Virus record (IMG/VR): IMGVR_UViG_3300035670_000197 | Coordinates: 318-64,317 of that record | Source: a virus | Lineage: Duplodnaviria; Caudoviricetes | Strand: one strand, 5' to 3' | Length of the DNA stretch: 64,000 nucleotides | Part shown: positions 20,301-27,995 of the stretch, piece by piece | How positions within the stretch are numbered: the first letter of the stretch is position 1 | Layout of the letters: each line of letters opens with the position of its first letter | The notes under the pieces: model-generated | Seen by the model: the letters and a program-made list of their open reading frames with translations, nothing else | Told to the model about the DNA's origin: nothing | Databases searched by the model: none | Program-made: the position numbers and the translations under genes

Positions 20301-22152
20301 CTGGGGCGCGATAGATGTCGTCAAGAATCTTGTCAGCGTCAGAGCCCTTTTCTTTTAGAGCTTCGTAGATTGCTTCTGCTGGGACAACTTCGTCGCCCTC
20401 TTCGAACTCAAGGGGTCCGTAACCAGTAGCTGGGTTCTCATCGTTACCAACAACTGATTGACGAAGAGCGTCCTTGAGCTCCCCCTCTTCAAACTTCTGA
20501 GCAAGTTCTGCTGGGTCATCTGTAAAGTCTGGAGACTCTTGACCTTGCACTGGGCCTTCTGGCTCGTACTTTTCTTTACGGTCAAAATCGTAGAAATTCT
20601 TTGGGGCTTGGTCTGGAGCCAAGCGAACCTTTGCACGACGGGGGCGTGGGTCAAAGAGAACTTCGCCATTCTCAAGGTCGATAACTCGACCATCGTCTGC
20701 AACGAGGTGGTCCTTGCGTGGGTCAAGTGGGAAAAGCCCCTTACCCTTTTCGAACTGCTTCATACGACGCTCGAAATCACGAATGTCGCGACGGGTTGGC
20801 TTACGAAGCTTAGGAATTACTTCGCCTTCAACCTCTTCGCCCTCTGGTGTTTGGATGGTCTCTTCCTTGTTAGGAATACGAGCACCTTCATCTCCACCAC
20901 CCTGATTTGGGTTAGGACGCTCTCCCTTTTGGTAGCGAGGCTCGTCGTCGCGCATAAGAGCCTGAGCATCTGCCCAAGACTGAACTGCAGCGAATGGACG
21001 CTCATCTCCACCACGGCGGTTGACGAAATAAACGGGAAGGTCTGGGTCTAGTGCGCCATCCTTGCCCTTACCAACAGCAATAACGTTTTGGCCTTCGCCT
21101 TCACGCTGCTCTGCAATCTCAAACTTGTCTTTTGCTGGAGCGTTTGGCTTGTCAAACTTGACGATATCGTATGCATCGTCTGTGTATTTCTTACCGAGGT
21201 CAACATTGTCACCGTAATAGTCGCGGTCGCCCTCGTCTGGCTGCCAAGCAGTGTCCTCGCGGAAACCGTCTGGTGCATCAATTACTTCGAGGTCTGCCTC
21301 GTTAATGATTGGGTCTTTTGCAGAAACCTTTGCTGGGCTTGGGCTGTATCCATCGCGGTTTCCCTTTTGTGGGATGTACGCCTTTACTGCCTCAGCGTTT
21401 TGTGCAGGGATTCGAACAAGCTTTCCATCTGGAAGCTCCATGTCGAATGTGTCCCGACCAATACCTTCTGCAACTACTCGACCGTTGAGGTTGAAAATCC
21501 CAGCGGCACGACGAATAAGCGCACGAAGACCGCCACCCATTTCTGCGAAGCGACCCTTGCGGTCACGACGCTGGAGCATCGCACGGGCACGACGGGCAGC
21601 AGATGAGTTTCCATCACCGAAAGCTGCAACGAGTGCGTACTTAGGAACGCTCCCCTGTGGAAGGTTTGCAAGACGAGTAATTGCGTACTCGTGCTCTGGA
21701 GAAGCAGGATGTGCTGTTAGAGCAGATGCAATAAGAGTCTTTACTGACTCGTCACGAATCTCTGGGTCATCTGTGTACCAACGAGCCTGACGCTCAAGAA
21801 GTTGGGCAAGAGAAAGGTTGTGCTTCTTGGAAGAACGAGGATGCGCTAGAGGAAGAAGGTCTGTGTTCTGTGCGCTAAGTGTCATCACTCGGTTGCGCTG
21901 AGCAAGAGCGATGTAATGAGAAATATCAGTAAGAGCTTGGTGCTTGCGAACAGAGAATGGCTGACCATCTGTCTTTTCTAGAGAGCGCTCGACTACCGTC
22001 TTGGCTGCTCCCTTTGTGACGGTGCGAGTTCCAGTGAAGTCAAGATTGGCAGCTTCAACAAACGAGTACGCCTCGTCAAGAATCTTTTGATTCTGCTCGG
22101 CTGCGCTCGTGTATCGCTTTGCTTTTGCTACTGGGTAATCATGCTTCTTCAT
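14356..22152 (-). CDS. 2598-aa head-module protein: SH3/KOW-like repeats, DEDDh 3'-5' exonuclease, C-terminal HipA/PI3K-PI4K-like kinase
   Basis: VVFDFETTG / AQNIKFD / HNAEFDA (ExoI-III); YFYK...DAELAA...HNNDRHGQNFLV...IDNG kinase motifs; LQPGD repeats. Confidence 0.8.
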   Translation of the reverse strand: MKKHDYPVAKAKRYTSAAEQNQKILDEAYSFVEAANLDFTGTRTVTKGAAKTVVERSLEKTDGQPFSVRKHQALTDISHYIALAQRNRVMTLSAQNTDLLPLAHPRSSKKHNLSLAQLLERQARWYTDDPEIRDESVKTLIASALTAHPASPEHEYAITRLANLPQGSVPKYALVAAFGDGNSSAARRARAMLQRRDRKGRFAEMGGGLRALIRRAAGIFNLNGRVVAEGIGRDTFDMELPDGKLVRIPAQNAEAVKAYIPQKGNRDGYSPSPAKVSAKDPIINEADLEVIDAPDGFREDTAWQPDEGDRDYYGDNVDLGKKYTDDAYDIVKFDKPNAPAKDKFEIAEQREGEGQNVIAVGKGKDGALDPDLPVYFVNRRGGDERPFAAVQSWADAQALMRDDEPRYQKGERPNPNQGGGDEGARIPNKEETIQTPEGEEVEGEVIPKLRKPTRRDIRDFERRMKQFEKGKGLFPLDPRKDHLVADDGRVIDLENGEVLFDPRPRRAKVRLAPDQAPKNFYDFDRKEKYEPEGPVQGQESPDFTDDPAELAQKFEEGELKDALRQSVVGNDENPATGYGPLEFEEGDEVVPAEAIYEALKEKGSDADKILDDIYRAPEDKPAEAEDLEKVAEVPTPEDAVPEMKELPLLEGLNEDERARAEQDPAEFLPKNEDFEVPEGYAELDKEPFNPEDMAIPEEAPEDFNFNPVDIARKYDNEALKNELRRSLEPGNEMPGFGALGQETPEGEPYVARVPGEAIRDALQLQGEDTNRLIDDIYREGREGQGEPDAQEVQDALEGENVEEAEAPVRSRQEEAPEAPQPPAEDEAGPEAPAADGDGDAGAGGQEADLAIGEPHRAMVAARDLQPGDIAVRDDEYFVIEEVGELPDLSAGKQGNKKLNRVNVKGYYPGHKTQDRNWFANGEIEVIRNVAPPEKGDKDPLDKPELADYGKMMKKDGEWGLRDPEAQARYDADMAAHKAAVKAAGADFVDPTKAQAEEAKVNAVADDKPAGGPFVAKFRAEDLQPGDIAFDNHFKVVEVREGEKGKMVIVGHYPGMGLQEKQWKKDTPIEVIRGIPEGEGPELGEGSLHRPAGRGPKGGWFPDDDPAANEAHQKRIEEVKARWNPPANLPVISAADAKGENQLVENEKPPRAPRELGFPAFQGRFAELAMEANGDWKKFRELLNDEEIVVFDFETTGIDPKDGNEPYQIAAYKIRNGEIVDKFVMYMNPGRPLKGTYAEKNAVGPDGGPLPENFFDDKQSQQEVLAQFLEWAGENPLLVAQNIKFDDEVFRRKAEELGLNYAPGGLGDTMGLAAEMFKDDPNNPGRKNLEALAQYAGVKLENWHNAEFDALATAELWNALLKKAEDNNFGNAALDADARQAEYDAKMAELKPKIDEYKQQLADYLARQALRNALEGKEVNLADLEKQAGVGGIPEGPVNEIGRIGAPEQLPEPVADLVDVDADSAFPDGRMRIADPDFVNNPENVDALMRGEIKVENLRPGDFVRPNRDKDDFYQVVAIRGGDEFGVEEFKRRVLVQNKEGDQKVVFWNQNAFLDEVRRPKDRRVLAAGPEDKDALEEAGALEAAKPEMKDGEVKAVPTNLSDVKAKITRDGDNYVAEVNGADDNGNEVKFDGVLPSREAAEEYVKRASAQAHSDMKAARGEEKDKSLAVGNEPANINEIPQVEHVDDLPVGRGENEITPRAEGEEVVYNSKGKVIDDEGEVIAQVEEDFPDRKAASDGGEENIKRAAEALADEIARQREGMLLRTEGRGRRNLPPIPEKYRRQVYIRLLAGLYADADGNPLAIGDKVVHENPKIREKYGEGVVVGKVQGKIGGLQRKGVVYVDYVRVQYPNGEIRKYVSRFQRHVDPAVAKERFDAEPRINWMNQDEMDIALAERRKKPRKGGNAEQDAADDAVEQVVEQVDEAVGQPAAPEPEEAPEAPEAPAAQEQDMFKLIGDEHVRRNGQLVENAKVRDVKVGDYVQTRRGNFGRVIGLNQVGDRVAIKVEYPNGGEYEYRPYRLNGPISGLYRIDGEQAPQGEAPAAPQTPQVEAPEVPQAARPKPEVVAQDAADRNVPVPRIAAPKPVSPDDAAVLKQEQDALKDLKAIKKEIGPQNRARTYAEQRFIKNIQEVDRKIKSGDLRMGKYYLGRAQRRLDQLPQDMQDRYRDRLQNMEVIFRNADNQQSAGPKLNFDGLPLEEFDPIAVRDKRIADGENKAQLNDFWKAEMFGNLKLDELAQQGLDIRQHKDEIRRFFDGEPKPLASLPENARFALQAIVQRNLVKQNKTTEEKNNLRNLVELADALHKERLAFEPNDGNKLDARGAMLLEFSPSQIASAKRGGGRLTRNGQDLGFRVEATGMGGGRRGANKTYRIIDEQTGKVYFYKIDTDKENIDAELAAVDLARALGMHGVYPAEAHPKESNVIVLGQAGQNLKMKKGPKVFAQENVGPRELVDNGPVNQVFQMMVLDAVMHNNDRHGQNFLVAKPQDRGAGYRDIANMPLMIDNGLGQVIATKEENYYGKPVDPVEYIMNPPGRNRAANIHNYVVRALGPKGVYELMQLTTQQAIQELRRMYPAGANPDMDKLVSRLERLKNADISEWGG

Positions 22153-23618
22153 TTGGCTACCGTCCGTGTTGGCAGGAGGTCGGAATCAACACTGTCGTAT
22201 GTCATCGTTGCTAGACCGAAAGCTCTCTTGAATGGATTTTCATTGTTCCTTACGGCACGCATCCAACTTGCACGAATGGCGTGTTCTGCTTCGTAACCCA
22301 AACCAGAAAGCTCTGTGAGAACGAGAATCGCCTCTTCAGGAGACTCATACTCCCCTGATTCATTGACCTCGACACTCAACTGAGTTTCGGCATAAGCAGA
22401 AGCAATAAGAAGCTCTAGGCTCTCTGGGTCCCGAACTGGGACTTGGGTAACATCAACAACACCTTCAGGAATAACGGCAAAACGACACTTACCGAGGTCT
22501 TCGACCTCAAGAGCAATAATCTTGCAGGTGTCGCGGCCTTCTTCATCGTGTGAGTAGAAGACACAGTTCATGCATGAGACGCCAATTTTTGCGTCTTCGT
22601 TTTCTGCAGCAGGTGTGTAACCTGCCCAAACGCCGTCACCGTCTTGGTCGAACTTTCCGTACTTCTCTGTGATGTAAACGAGTGCTTCAGCAAGAGCCTG
22701 CTCTTCTGGAATAAGACCAGATGCAACAAGGGCTTCACTCGCTGAGCTTGCCTTCTTCTTGGTTGAGCGTGGGTGACTTGCAGGAAGCAAGTCGTTATCT
22801 GTTGTGTAGGAAGACTTAGAAGGCTTACCAGACTTCAGTAAACGAAGGAACGCATTGACGCGACCCATTGCCCACTGATTGCGAGTCATTCCGGGTCGGT
22901 GTGAAACAGAATAAGCACCAGCACCGCGACGATAAACTGCTTTGAGCATAGAAAGAGAGGCTCGTCGCCCCTTCGGCGCAGTTTTGTTATGTTCTTCGAC
23001 CTTATTGCGTAAAGAGGCTTCGACGGATTTACTAAATGCGATTTTCTTTCCACCAGAGGCCGAACCTTTCGTGTTTTTTGAAGAACCCTTGATTCGGTCT
23101 TTCTTTGGAGCGGGTGTTTGAGAAATGGTGCGCTTTTTCTTAGCAGCAGCCGTTACCGACTCCTCCATCTCCTCGGTTGTCGCTTCGGTGGGGGAGGCTG
23201 GTTCTTTTTCTTCCGCGATTGGGCCGCCTGATACCCAAGCCCTGCAAGTACGAGCGCTGGCGCACTTAAAGTCAAAAGCCTCGCAATAGCCGAGTTCTCC
23301 TGCGGCGTCGATTGCGTCGAACTCATCAGAACTGCGGTTGCCAGTAAGTCCTGTAGCAATGCACTCCTTCATGGATGGTGTGATAACGAATACGGCGCAG
23401 TTACCACAGCGTTGCTTCTTTGCGGTCTCAATATCAACGGACCACTCGTCAGCAAGTTCTTGCCAATACTCTTCGTTTGGCTCTTCTGGGTTTAGAGGCC
23501 CGTACTTTGCTGTGTCAATTGCGTTCTTACGATTCTCAAGGTTGACAGCAATGTCTTGAGTTGCCTCAGGACACTTCGGACCATTAATGTCGTATGCCAC
23601 GGCTAGCTCTTCGCTCAT
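22149..23618 (-). CDS. Multidomain head-module protein (two Cys-rich domains and a DUF5824-like domain)
   Basis: CPEATQD...CGNC...GYC...C...C domain; LKAVYRRGAGAY...QWAMGRVNAF; CMNCVFY...C...C domain. Confidence 0.65.
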   Translation of the reverse strand: MSEELAVAYDINGPKCPEATQDIAVNLENRKNAIDTAKYGPLNPEEPNEEYWQELADEWSVDIETAKKQRCGNCAVFVITPSMKECIATGLTGNRSSDEFDAIDAAGELGYCEAFDFKCASARTCRAWVSGGPIAEEKEPASPTEATTEEMEESVTAAAKKKRTISQTPAPKKDRIKGSSKNTKGSASGGKKIAFSKSVEASLRNKVEEHNKTAPKGRRASLSMLKAVYRRGAGAYSVSHRPGMTRNQWAMGRVNAFLRLLKSGKPSKSSYTTDNDLLPASHPRSTKKKASSASEALVASGLIPEEQALAEALVYITEKYGKFDQDGDGVWAGYTPAAENEDAKIGVSCMNCVFYSHDEEGRDTCKIIALEVEDLGKCRFAVIPEGVVDVTQVPVRDPESLELLIASAYAETQLSVEVNESGEYESPEEAILVLTELSGLGYEAEHAIRASWMRAVRNNENPFKRAFGLATMTYDSVDSDLLPTRTVAK

Positions 23619-25384
23619 TGCTCTGGGCTTTCCTGTGGGGCTTCCTCAGCTGGAGGCGCTTCTTCAGTAGGAGCTGTTTCTCCTGCTGCTTGTTGAAGAA
23701 CTTTCTCAACTTCTGGAGGAAGCGGAGCGACCGAAGCTGACTGTTGTGCGTCTCGCACTGCAGTCATCATGTCTGGAGCAACGGCTCCAAGCATTGCTTC
23801 TGTAAGTTCTGGAGTGAATGCGCCCTTTTCGGTAAGCATTCGGAGAGCAACCTCTGTTGGTGTAGGTGCATCTTGGTCTGAGAATCCATGAGCACGACGC
23901 CATGTGTCAGAGGAAACTGCCATGCGGTCGTAACCAGCATCTGCATCTGCAGCACGGTCGTTGCGAGTCGAGACTGCTGATGGGTCGTACCAAATGGTGA
24001 TGCGGTTGACATCTGCTTCTGAGTAACCAGTTGCGACCAAGTACGGACGCAGGTACATAACAGTGAGCGCATCAACGATGAGAAGCATCAAAGGTTCAAT
24101 GTGCGCCTTGTAAAGTGCTTCATCAATTTGAAGAGCGTTTGAATATTTCACATTGGCAAGACCAGTGACTACATCCTTCGGAACGTCTAGACCCTGAAGG
24201 ATTCTTTCAAGTACTCGGTCTGCACGTTGAGCCAATGCAGGGTCGAACGAACGCTCAAACTTAAACTGCTTAATCTTGTCGCCAAGTTCTGCAGGACCAC
24301 GAATGATGAGCGGAACAACCGCGCTCGCAGACTCTTCATCGCGAATCGGAGTTGTCATCGCGTCGATGAGTTGCTCTTCGAACTCGTCTTCTGCTTCCTC
24401 AGGTGTGAAGCCAGCACCAATGCCGTCTTCTGAGTCGTATGGGTAGTTCGGGTCTGCTTGTGCAGCAACAGAAAGTCCGTCTGGAAGATAAAGAGCACCA
24501 GCGTTGAGGCGAGAGCGTGCAGTTGCACGGAATGTGCGGTTCAAAAGTAGAAGCTCAGCACAGAGGTCAAGAAGGCCGCGCAGAGATGAATCGGCTTCAT
24601 CAGAGTAACGAGGGTGTGAACGCCAAATGCGTCCTACGAATGCCTTGTTGCCAAGCTTTGTAACACGGCCTGCCATTCCAGAACCGCCACCACTTGATTG
24701 CTCACGACGACCAATGACGTTGTAGCCACCTTTGGCGTCAGTCATAACTTCGTCAACGGAACGGATGTCCCAAGACTCTGGGTCTCCAGAACCAAAGCGT
24801 GCTGGCATTTGAACGAGGTAGCACTCACCAGCAACTGCCAAGTTAAGAGCAGCATCCTTAAGAAGACCTGGCTGACCGCCGTAGGCAGAGTTCAGTCGGT
24901 TAAGAGCACGCTCAGCTGCAGCAGCAAGTTGTGGGTCGATGCTGTTTGAGTTAGAGACAGCGATAGGAGACTGAGATGGGTCATCAATCGCAGCTGCGAA
25001 AATTCGGATTCGGGATACAACGCTGGCAACGAGGTTGAAGGCGTACTTGATTTCGCCAATTGCGTCGTAGTACTCCCAAGCCTCTGCCTGCCATGCGCTG
25101 GAAGAAGCAGAGCGACGAGCTTTGAACTGCTCGAATTCTCCCTTGTCGTTGACCTTTACCTGTACTGCTGCAGCGGTAAGGGTTCGAGGGAAGTCGTAAG
25201 GAACTGGAGAAGGGCTGTTTGAATTGATAAAGACAGAGTTACGAGGAGCCGTTTGGGGTCTTGTGTTGAGAACTACTTGAGTAGAACGAGTAGTCGAGGG
25301 CTTACGCTTGGCGCGTGGCTTAGCAGCGGGTGCGCTTTGAACCTCAGGGGTTTCGCCCTTACTATCTCTTTTGAATACGCTCAC
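23615..25384 (-). CDS. Portal protein
   Basis: AWQAEAWEYYDAIGEIKY, VAGECYLV, RIWRSHPR, SAVVPLII motifs of actinophage portals. Confidence 0.88.
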   Translation of the reverse strand: MSVFKRDSKGETPEVQSAPAAKPRAKRKPSTTRSTQVVLNTRPQTAPRNSVFINSNSPSPVPYDFPRTLTAAAVQVKVNDKGEFEQFKARRSASSSAWQAEAWEYYDAIGEIKYAFNLVASVVSRIRIFAAAIDDPSQSPIAVSNSNSIDPQLAAAAERALNRLNSAYGGQPGLLKDAALNLAVAGECYLVQMPARFGSGDPESWDIRSVDEVMTDAKGGYNVIGRREQSSGGGSGMAGRVTKLGNKAFVGRIWRSHPRYSDEADSSLRGLLDLCAELLLLNRTFRATARSRLNAGALYLPDGLSVAAQADPNYPYDSEDGIGAGFTPEEAEDEFEEQLIDAMTTPIRDEESASAVVPLIIRGPAELGDKIKQFKFERSFDPALAQRADRVLERILQGLDVPKDVVTGLANVKYSNALQIDEALYKAHIEPLMLLIVDALTVMYLRPYLVATGYSEADVNRITIWYDPSAVSTRNDRAADADAGYDRMAVSSDTWRRAHGFSDQDAPTPTEVALRMLTEKGAFTPELTEAMLGAVAPDMMTAVRDAQQSASVAPLPPEVEKVLQQAAGETAPTEEAPPAEEAPQESPEQ

Positions 25385-25427
25385 TAGCGATTCTCCTCGT
25401 CAATTGTTGCGGAGTAAGAAGACAATT

Positions 25428-25712
25428 TCACTTGTCCTCATACGCGGTCAACAGACCTGCTATTGCAGAGAGGGCAAGAACCCACGCTGCGATATCAGTT
25501 ATGTCTGTAATGATACTAGAAACCACAAGTATTGATGCTGTCCAAATAGACATGCACCATTCGCATGTGAATAGGTAGCCAATCTTAGAACTTTCTGGTG
25601 GTTTCTTGGACCACACCCAGTCCCTCAGCTTGGCGGTAATAACGTCTCGCGTTATTAGTCGGGTTAGGCGATAAGTCGCCAAACCGTAAACAATCAGGTC
25701 AATTGCTGTCAT
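25428..25712 (-). CDS. DUF1360-family membrane protein
   Basis: LATYRLTRLITRDVIT...YLFTCEWCMSIW, commonly found before this portal type. Confidence 0.8.
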   Translation of the reverse strand: MTAIDLIVYGLATYRLTRLITRDVITAKLRDWVWSKKPPESSKIGYLFTCEWCMSIWTASILVVSSIITDITDIAAWVLALSAIAGLLTAYEDK

Positions 25713-26071
25713 TGGGGGTCTTCTGACGAACTAATCGAGTTTCCAAATGGATTCCAGTTCCTCAAGCGAGAGCCACAACCGCAGTTATTGTCCTTTTCGA
25801 ATACCAAAATCTTGCCAGATTCGGTGACAACCCAGTGGGTTTTGTTTTTGCTCTGTCTTTCAGAAATCTGCTCTTGAAATACGAGAGACGGCCCTTCTGG
25901 AGAATCCACGGCAATCCGAATCATGGTGTCCACTACCGCTACCCGACACCTATCCAACCTTCTGGTCTGCTGTGGAGCATCTCCTCTAACTCCGAAGCTG
26001 GTGATGTCGGAAAGGGAGCCCGGAGGAGCGATTCTCACAAGGGCAGGGAAAACATCTATTAGTACTCGCAT
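25709..26071 (-). CDS. Hypothetical protein with C-terminal CGCGSRL motif
   Basis: ORF track; ATG at 26071 preferred. Confidence 0.65.
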   Translation of the reverse strand: MRVLIDVFPALVRIAPPGSLSDITSFGVRGDAPQQTRRLDRCRVAVVDTMIRIAVDSPEGPSLVFQEQISERQSKNKTHWVVTESGKILVFEKDNNCGCGSRLRNWNPFGNSISSSEDPQ

Positions 26072-26075
26072 GTGT

Positions 26076-26411
26076 CTACTTCGGGGTTGTGTATTCGGTT
26101 GGGATATAAAAGTTTTCCCAACCAAACGCTTGAGTGGCTACGGACAGAGGAACCAAAAGGGGCTTGTTCCTGCGGGAATCGTGCAGGGAGGAAAACACAG
26201 CATCTGGGGTACTAGCAAGAATTGCTGCCCTCCAAGACCTATGAGTTGTCAGCTCTCGCAGGGGGAAAGCAATTGGGAAGCTTGAATTCTCTGAAGTCAT
26301 GGTTTCAAGAAACCGAGCCTGTTTTGATTCCTTGTGTTTAGGGTTAACCCAAACCACCACGGCAAGGTCATTCTCGCTATAAACACCTGTGGATGTTCGA
26401 TACTGCCTCAC
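26076..26411 (-). CDS. Hypothetical protein
   Basis: GTGA overlap with the upstream stop gives start 26411. Confidence 0.55.
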   Translation of the reverse strand: MRQYRTSTGVYSENDLAVVVWVNPKHKESKQARFLETMTSENSSFPIAFPLRELTTHRSWRAAILASTPDAVFSSLHDSRRNKPLLVPLSVATQAFGWENFYIPTEYTTPK

Positions 26412-26908
26412 TGGCTCAACCTCCGTGCCATTGCTCGATATGAAATACCGCAAGCCTCAGCGATAGCTGCTGTAGGGACTCCCATCATCTTTAGATACTG
26501 GGCTCTTTCAGTCAGCTTCTCGTTTGCAATTGCGTAGGGGCTTGATGGTGAGCATTTGGCTCTGTACTTTCTCGCTAGAGCAGAAAGCTCTCGAAGCTCG
26601 CTTCTCATAGCGGGAGGGACGCCCGGAGAAATGGACCTCAGACGGGGGGCTGACTTCAGTGGAACCGAAGTTGTTAGAGACTTCGGCGGGGGTGGTGGAA
26701 TCTCCCGAAACTGCTTCTGGTTCTCTGCTCTCTTCACCCAAAAATGAATAGTTGTCTTAGGGCGAGGAGGCTGTAGAGAGTCTCCAAGTGTCTGTAGAGA
26801 CCAACCAGCCTCCCAGAGGGCGCGTAGGCGCGACTCAGAGGCTTCGCGGGGCAGGCTTGCTAGGAACTCCACTTCTTCCCTAGGTAACTGCGTCTTCTCG
26901 GTCGTCAT
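26408..26908 (-). CDS. Double helix-turn-helix DNA-binding protein
   Basis: GWSLQTLGDSL...KTTIHFWV and GVPTAAIAEACGISYRAMARRL; -10 TACGAT 6 nt before ATG (leaderless). Confidence 0.7.
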   Translation of the reverse strand: MTTEKTQLPREEVEFLASLPREASESRLRALWEAGWSLQTLGDSLQPPRPKTTIHFWVKRAENQKQFREIPPPPPKSLTTSVPLKSAPRLRSISPGVPPAMRSELRELSALARKYRAKCSPSSPYAIANEKLTERAQYLKMMGVPTAAIAEACGISYRAMARRLSQ

Positions 26909-27180
26909 TGTTCTATCGTACAGGACTTTTCTGATGGCGTTCAGAGCCTGAAGGGGCTAAGTCATTGTACGAAACGGTCGAAATTATGAACGTTTACGAT
27001 TTTTGACTTTGGCCTGTGAGTCGGCTGCGCTTTATACGGGAGCCTTTCCAAATCGTTCCGGGCTTTTCGAGGGGACATTTTTACCTTTTCGTTTTCGCTG
27101 CTAGGGGTGGGGGGAGGGGGGGTCTTTTTGTTTCGAGGGGTCATCTTTTTTCTCTCTTCTCTCTGGGACATACGAGGCAG

Positions 27181-27600
27181 GGGGTGCATGTGTCTTACTT
27201 GTCATGTGTGAGGTCATGTCATGTCTTGTCAATGACTAGACAAGCAAGCAAGCAAGGCAGACATGTGTGCATGTTGTCTAGGTGGACTAGACAAGCAAGG
27301 CAGACATGTGTGCATGTGTGCAAGCAAGGCAGACATGTGTGCAAGCAAGGCAGGGGGGAGGGGGTAGGTGGGCTACAAGCAAGGCAGGGGGGAGGGGGGT
27401 CTCTCTTGTTGCAGGCTCTGGTTCTGAGGCTGGCTCTGACTCTGGCGACTACCTACCTAGAGGGGAGGGGGGTATGGGGGTCATCATGTGGGCTAGTGCA
27501 GACAGCCAGGCGTCTAGGCCCTGGCAGGTGCAAACAACTTAGGCACTAGACATGCAAGCACGACATGCAAGGCAGGGGGGAGCAAACCCAATGCAGGCAA
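27181..27600. repeat. Non-coding low-complexity region with CAAGCAAGGCAG direct repeats and G-runs
   Basis: Copies at 27249, 27292, 27321, 27342, 27376, partial 27567; many CATG/CTAG/TGCA. Confidence 0.85.
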
Positions 27601-27628
27601 GGGCTAGAAAGAAATCTGCCCTAGAGGC

Positions 27629-27657
27629 TTGCAATAGTGCAGGAAGGTTGCTAACCT
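27629..27657 (+). promoter_or_regulatory. Sigma-A-type promoter with TGCAGGAAGGT spacer motif (leaderless transcript)
   Basis: TTGCAA-17-TAACCT, ATG 7 nt downstream. Confidence 0.75.
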
Positions 27658-27664
27658 GCACCGC

Positions 27665-27886
27665 ATGTTCCAAGTGACCAACCCCAAGACAGGCAAGACC
27701 TACAAATACAGCACCGCACGCAAGGCAGACGCATACGCTCTCGCAGAGAGGCTAGGCGTGGAGGTGCAGGTAGTGCAGGCGACCTACCGCAAGACCTACG
27801 GCAAGACCTGCATCTGTGGGCGACCTGAGGACACGCACGAGTCCTACGACTGCTACAAGGACTACAAACTGCAAGGGGGGTGGTGA
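27665..27886 (+). CDS. Hypothetical early protein
   Basis: Downstream of promoter; CICG motif. Confidence 0.7.
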   Translation: MFQVTNPKTGKTYKYSTARKADAYALAERLGVEVQVVQATYRKTYGKTCICGRPEDTHESYDCYKDYKLQGGW

Positions 27887-27906
27887 CAAGAGACACACCG
27901 CATGAC

Positions 27907-27935
27907 TTGACAGACTGCAGGAAGGTCTGTAGTCT
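27907..27935 (+). promoter_or_regulatory. Sigma-A-type promoter with spacer motif
   Basis: TTGACA-gacTGCAGGAAGGTctg-TAGTCT. Confidence 0.8.
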
Positions 27936-27995
27936 TACTCAGGTAAGGCGAAAGCCAAGCACAACAAACACAACGACGAAGGGACACCGCAAGAC

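Noticed and set aside
14461-21790. Many long + strand ORFs antisense to the giant gene (and similar shadows elsewhere, e.g. 54134..54904)
   Set aside because: Shadow frames from codon bias; no RBS or recognisable motifs
27240-27400. CRISPR-like array
   Set aside because: Repeats are only 12-21 nt, irregularly spaced, with repetitive rather than unique spacers; no cas genes
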